Below, piece by piece: positions 62,545-64,000 of a DNA stretch of 64,000 nucleotides; within the stretch, counting starts at the first letter, position 1; every line of letters begins with the position of its first letter. The notes under the pieces are model-generated. The model saw only the letters and a list, made by a program, of their open reading frames with translations, did not search any database and had not been told where the DNA came from. Made by a program: the position numbers and the translations under genes. The stretch is from Octopus sinensis (taxonomy: Eukaryota), in assembly GCF_006345805.1 (NCBI RefSeq), contig NC_043021.1:7068001-7132000 (forward strand), given 5' to 3'.

Positions 62545-62865
62545 CCACTGGCCTCCGTGCTGGTGGCACGTAACAAACACCATCCGATCATGGCCGTTGC
62601 CAGCCTGGCCTGGCCTCCCTGCCGGTGGCACGTAAAAAGCATCATCCGAGCGTGGCTGTTCACCAGCCTCGTCTGGCACGTGTGTCGGTGGCACATAAAA
62701 AGCACCCACTACACTCACGGAGTGGTTGGCGTTAGGAAGGGCATCCAGCTGTAGAAACACTGCCAGATCTGACTGGCCTGGTGCAGCCTTCGGGCTTCCC
62801 AGACCCCAGTTGAACCATCCAACCCATGCTAGCATGGAAAGCGGACATTAAACGATGATGATGAG
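62545..62865 (+). mobile_element. Family C retroposon with internal tandem units
   Basis: ggtggcacgtaa..agcac units, then gcggacattaaacgatgatgatg tail. Confidence 0.92.
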
Positions 62866-62944
62866 GGGTATTTCCCATGGCTTTACTTGTAACCCTGACC
62901 AGGTTCTTATTGGGTATTATACTTTACCAAAAGGTGGTGGTTTT

Positions 62945-63285
62945 TAGTCTACTATAACCCCAGTCCAATCAAAGCCTTGCAAGTGGATTTGGCAGCTGGA
63001 AACTGAAAGAAGTCTGTCCATTCATCCATTTCCCGTATGCTTGTGTATTTCTGTGTCTCTTGTCTTGACATCATATGATGGTTGTAAATGAGCATCACTG
63101 TTATACAAGTGGTGTTTGTTTCCAATCTACTATGGAAACACGTCCAGCCATAGGGAAATATATTGTTTGGAAACAGGTGAGGGTTGGCAACAGGAAGGGC
63201 ATCCAGACATAGAAAATCTGCCTCGTCAATTTTCATCTGATCCATTTAAGCATGGAAAATGGACATTAAAATGTTGATAATGACG
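62945..63285 (+). mobile_element. SINE with family B body and family C-type tail
   Basis: ctactataaccccag...aaagccttgcaagtggatttggcag.tggaaactgaaagaag, then ggtgagggttggcaacaggaagggcatccag...catggaaaatggacattaaaatg. Confidence 0.7.
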
Positions 63286-63619
63286 AATGGCTTATTTCTA
63301 TATTTGCTGACTTCTACCTCTAGAAACCATTTTCCTATCCACTGACAAGTTCTCTCTTCCATTCTGTGTGATTATGACTGATGATGTGATTGAGAAGGGC
63401 ATATCTAAGCAAGCTCAACTAGTTTAGCCACAATATTTTGATCTATACAGGAAGATTATTCAGTTATATACTACTAGCCAGATAGGTTGTATTCATTTAT
63501 GATCATTTCAGTGTGTCCTGTCTTCTTTGTTGCGACAAGGAGATATGTGGTTCAAACCACCTCTGTGTTCTCTTTTGAACAGGAGCTTATAATATCTAAT
63601 ACAATTAATATTAAATTAT

Positions 63620-63797
63620 AGTTTCAAAGTTTGGCACAAAACCAGCAAATTTTGGAGAAGGGGATAAGTCAATTGCATCGATCCCAGTGCTCAACTGGTA
63701 CTTATTTTATCGATCCCAAAAGGATGAAAAGCAAAGTCGGTCTTGGTAGAATTTGAACTCAGAATATAAAGACAGATGAAATGCCACTAAGCATTTA
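63620..63797 (-). mobile_element. Family A SINE, 5'-truncated
   Basis: gtttcaaagtttggcacaaaaccagc...atttgaactcagaa...gccactaagcattt. Confidence 0.88.
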
Positions 63798-64000
63798 ACA
63801 TTATCAGTTTATTATTCATAGCGTAAATCATTGTCGAAAACAGGGTGCAGTGTATAAGTAGTTCATGTGTGGATGCTCCCCACTGCCATATGTGACGTTG
63901 CACATCTAACACATCCAAATCATAATGTAATTTAAATATTGATATGATCTTGATAACCTCTCACAAATTAAGTTATATGTTATGTAGAAAATGTTAAACT

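Noticed and set aside
1-64000. Hammerhead-ribozyme retrozymes or Penelope elements
   Set aside because: CTGATGA occurrences lack the matching GAAA core and stems by eye; an Infernal search would be needed to exclude them formally.

Overview
AT-rich, microsatellite- and retroposon-dense eukaryotic DNA. The SINE repertoire points to an octopus genome (inference). One coding exon is unambiguous: a 104-bp plus-strand exon at 58584-58687 encoding ARIAFLQGERKGQENLKQDLVRRIKMLEFALKSER, the coiled-coil exon 2 of striatin (STRN/STRN3/Cka, STRIPAK scaffold). I found neither exon 1 nor exon 3, so the window is probably a >58-kb intron 1 plus the start of intron 2. The intron holds several SINE-like families, labelled A-F here as my own working names. 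It also holds LINE remnants (RTE/BovB-like, CR1-like, I-group-like, R4/Dong, HERO-like), a Gypsy RT fragment, and hAT, mariner and piggyBac MITEs. Best leads: (1) a frame-preserving 18-nt candidate microexon (41148-41165, NRKPLQ) with a poly-pyrimidine+UGC acceptor and CAG|GTGAGA donor; (2) two local inverted duplications of non-SINE sequence (29.7/30.2 kb and 56.3/57.1 kb) that could form long pre-mRNA hairpins; (3) head-to-tail SINE arrays in (TAA)n tracts next to a TAA-targeting Dong element; (4) modular SINE head/tail swapping. Almost all ORF-track entries are microsatellite or repeat artefacts. Repeat boundaries are approximate, read by eye.
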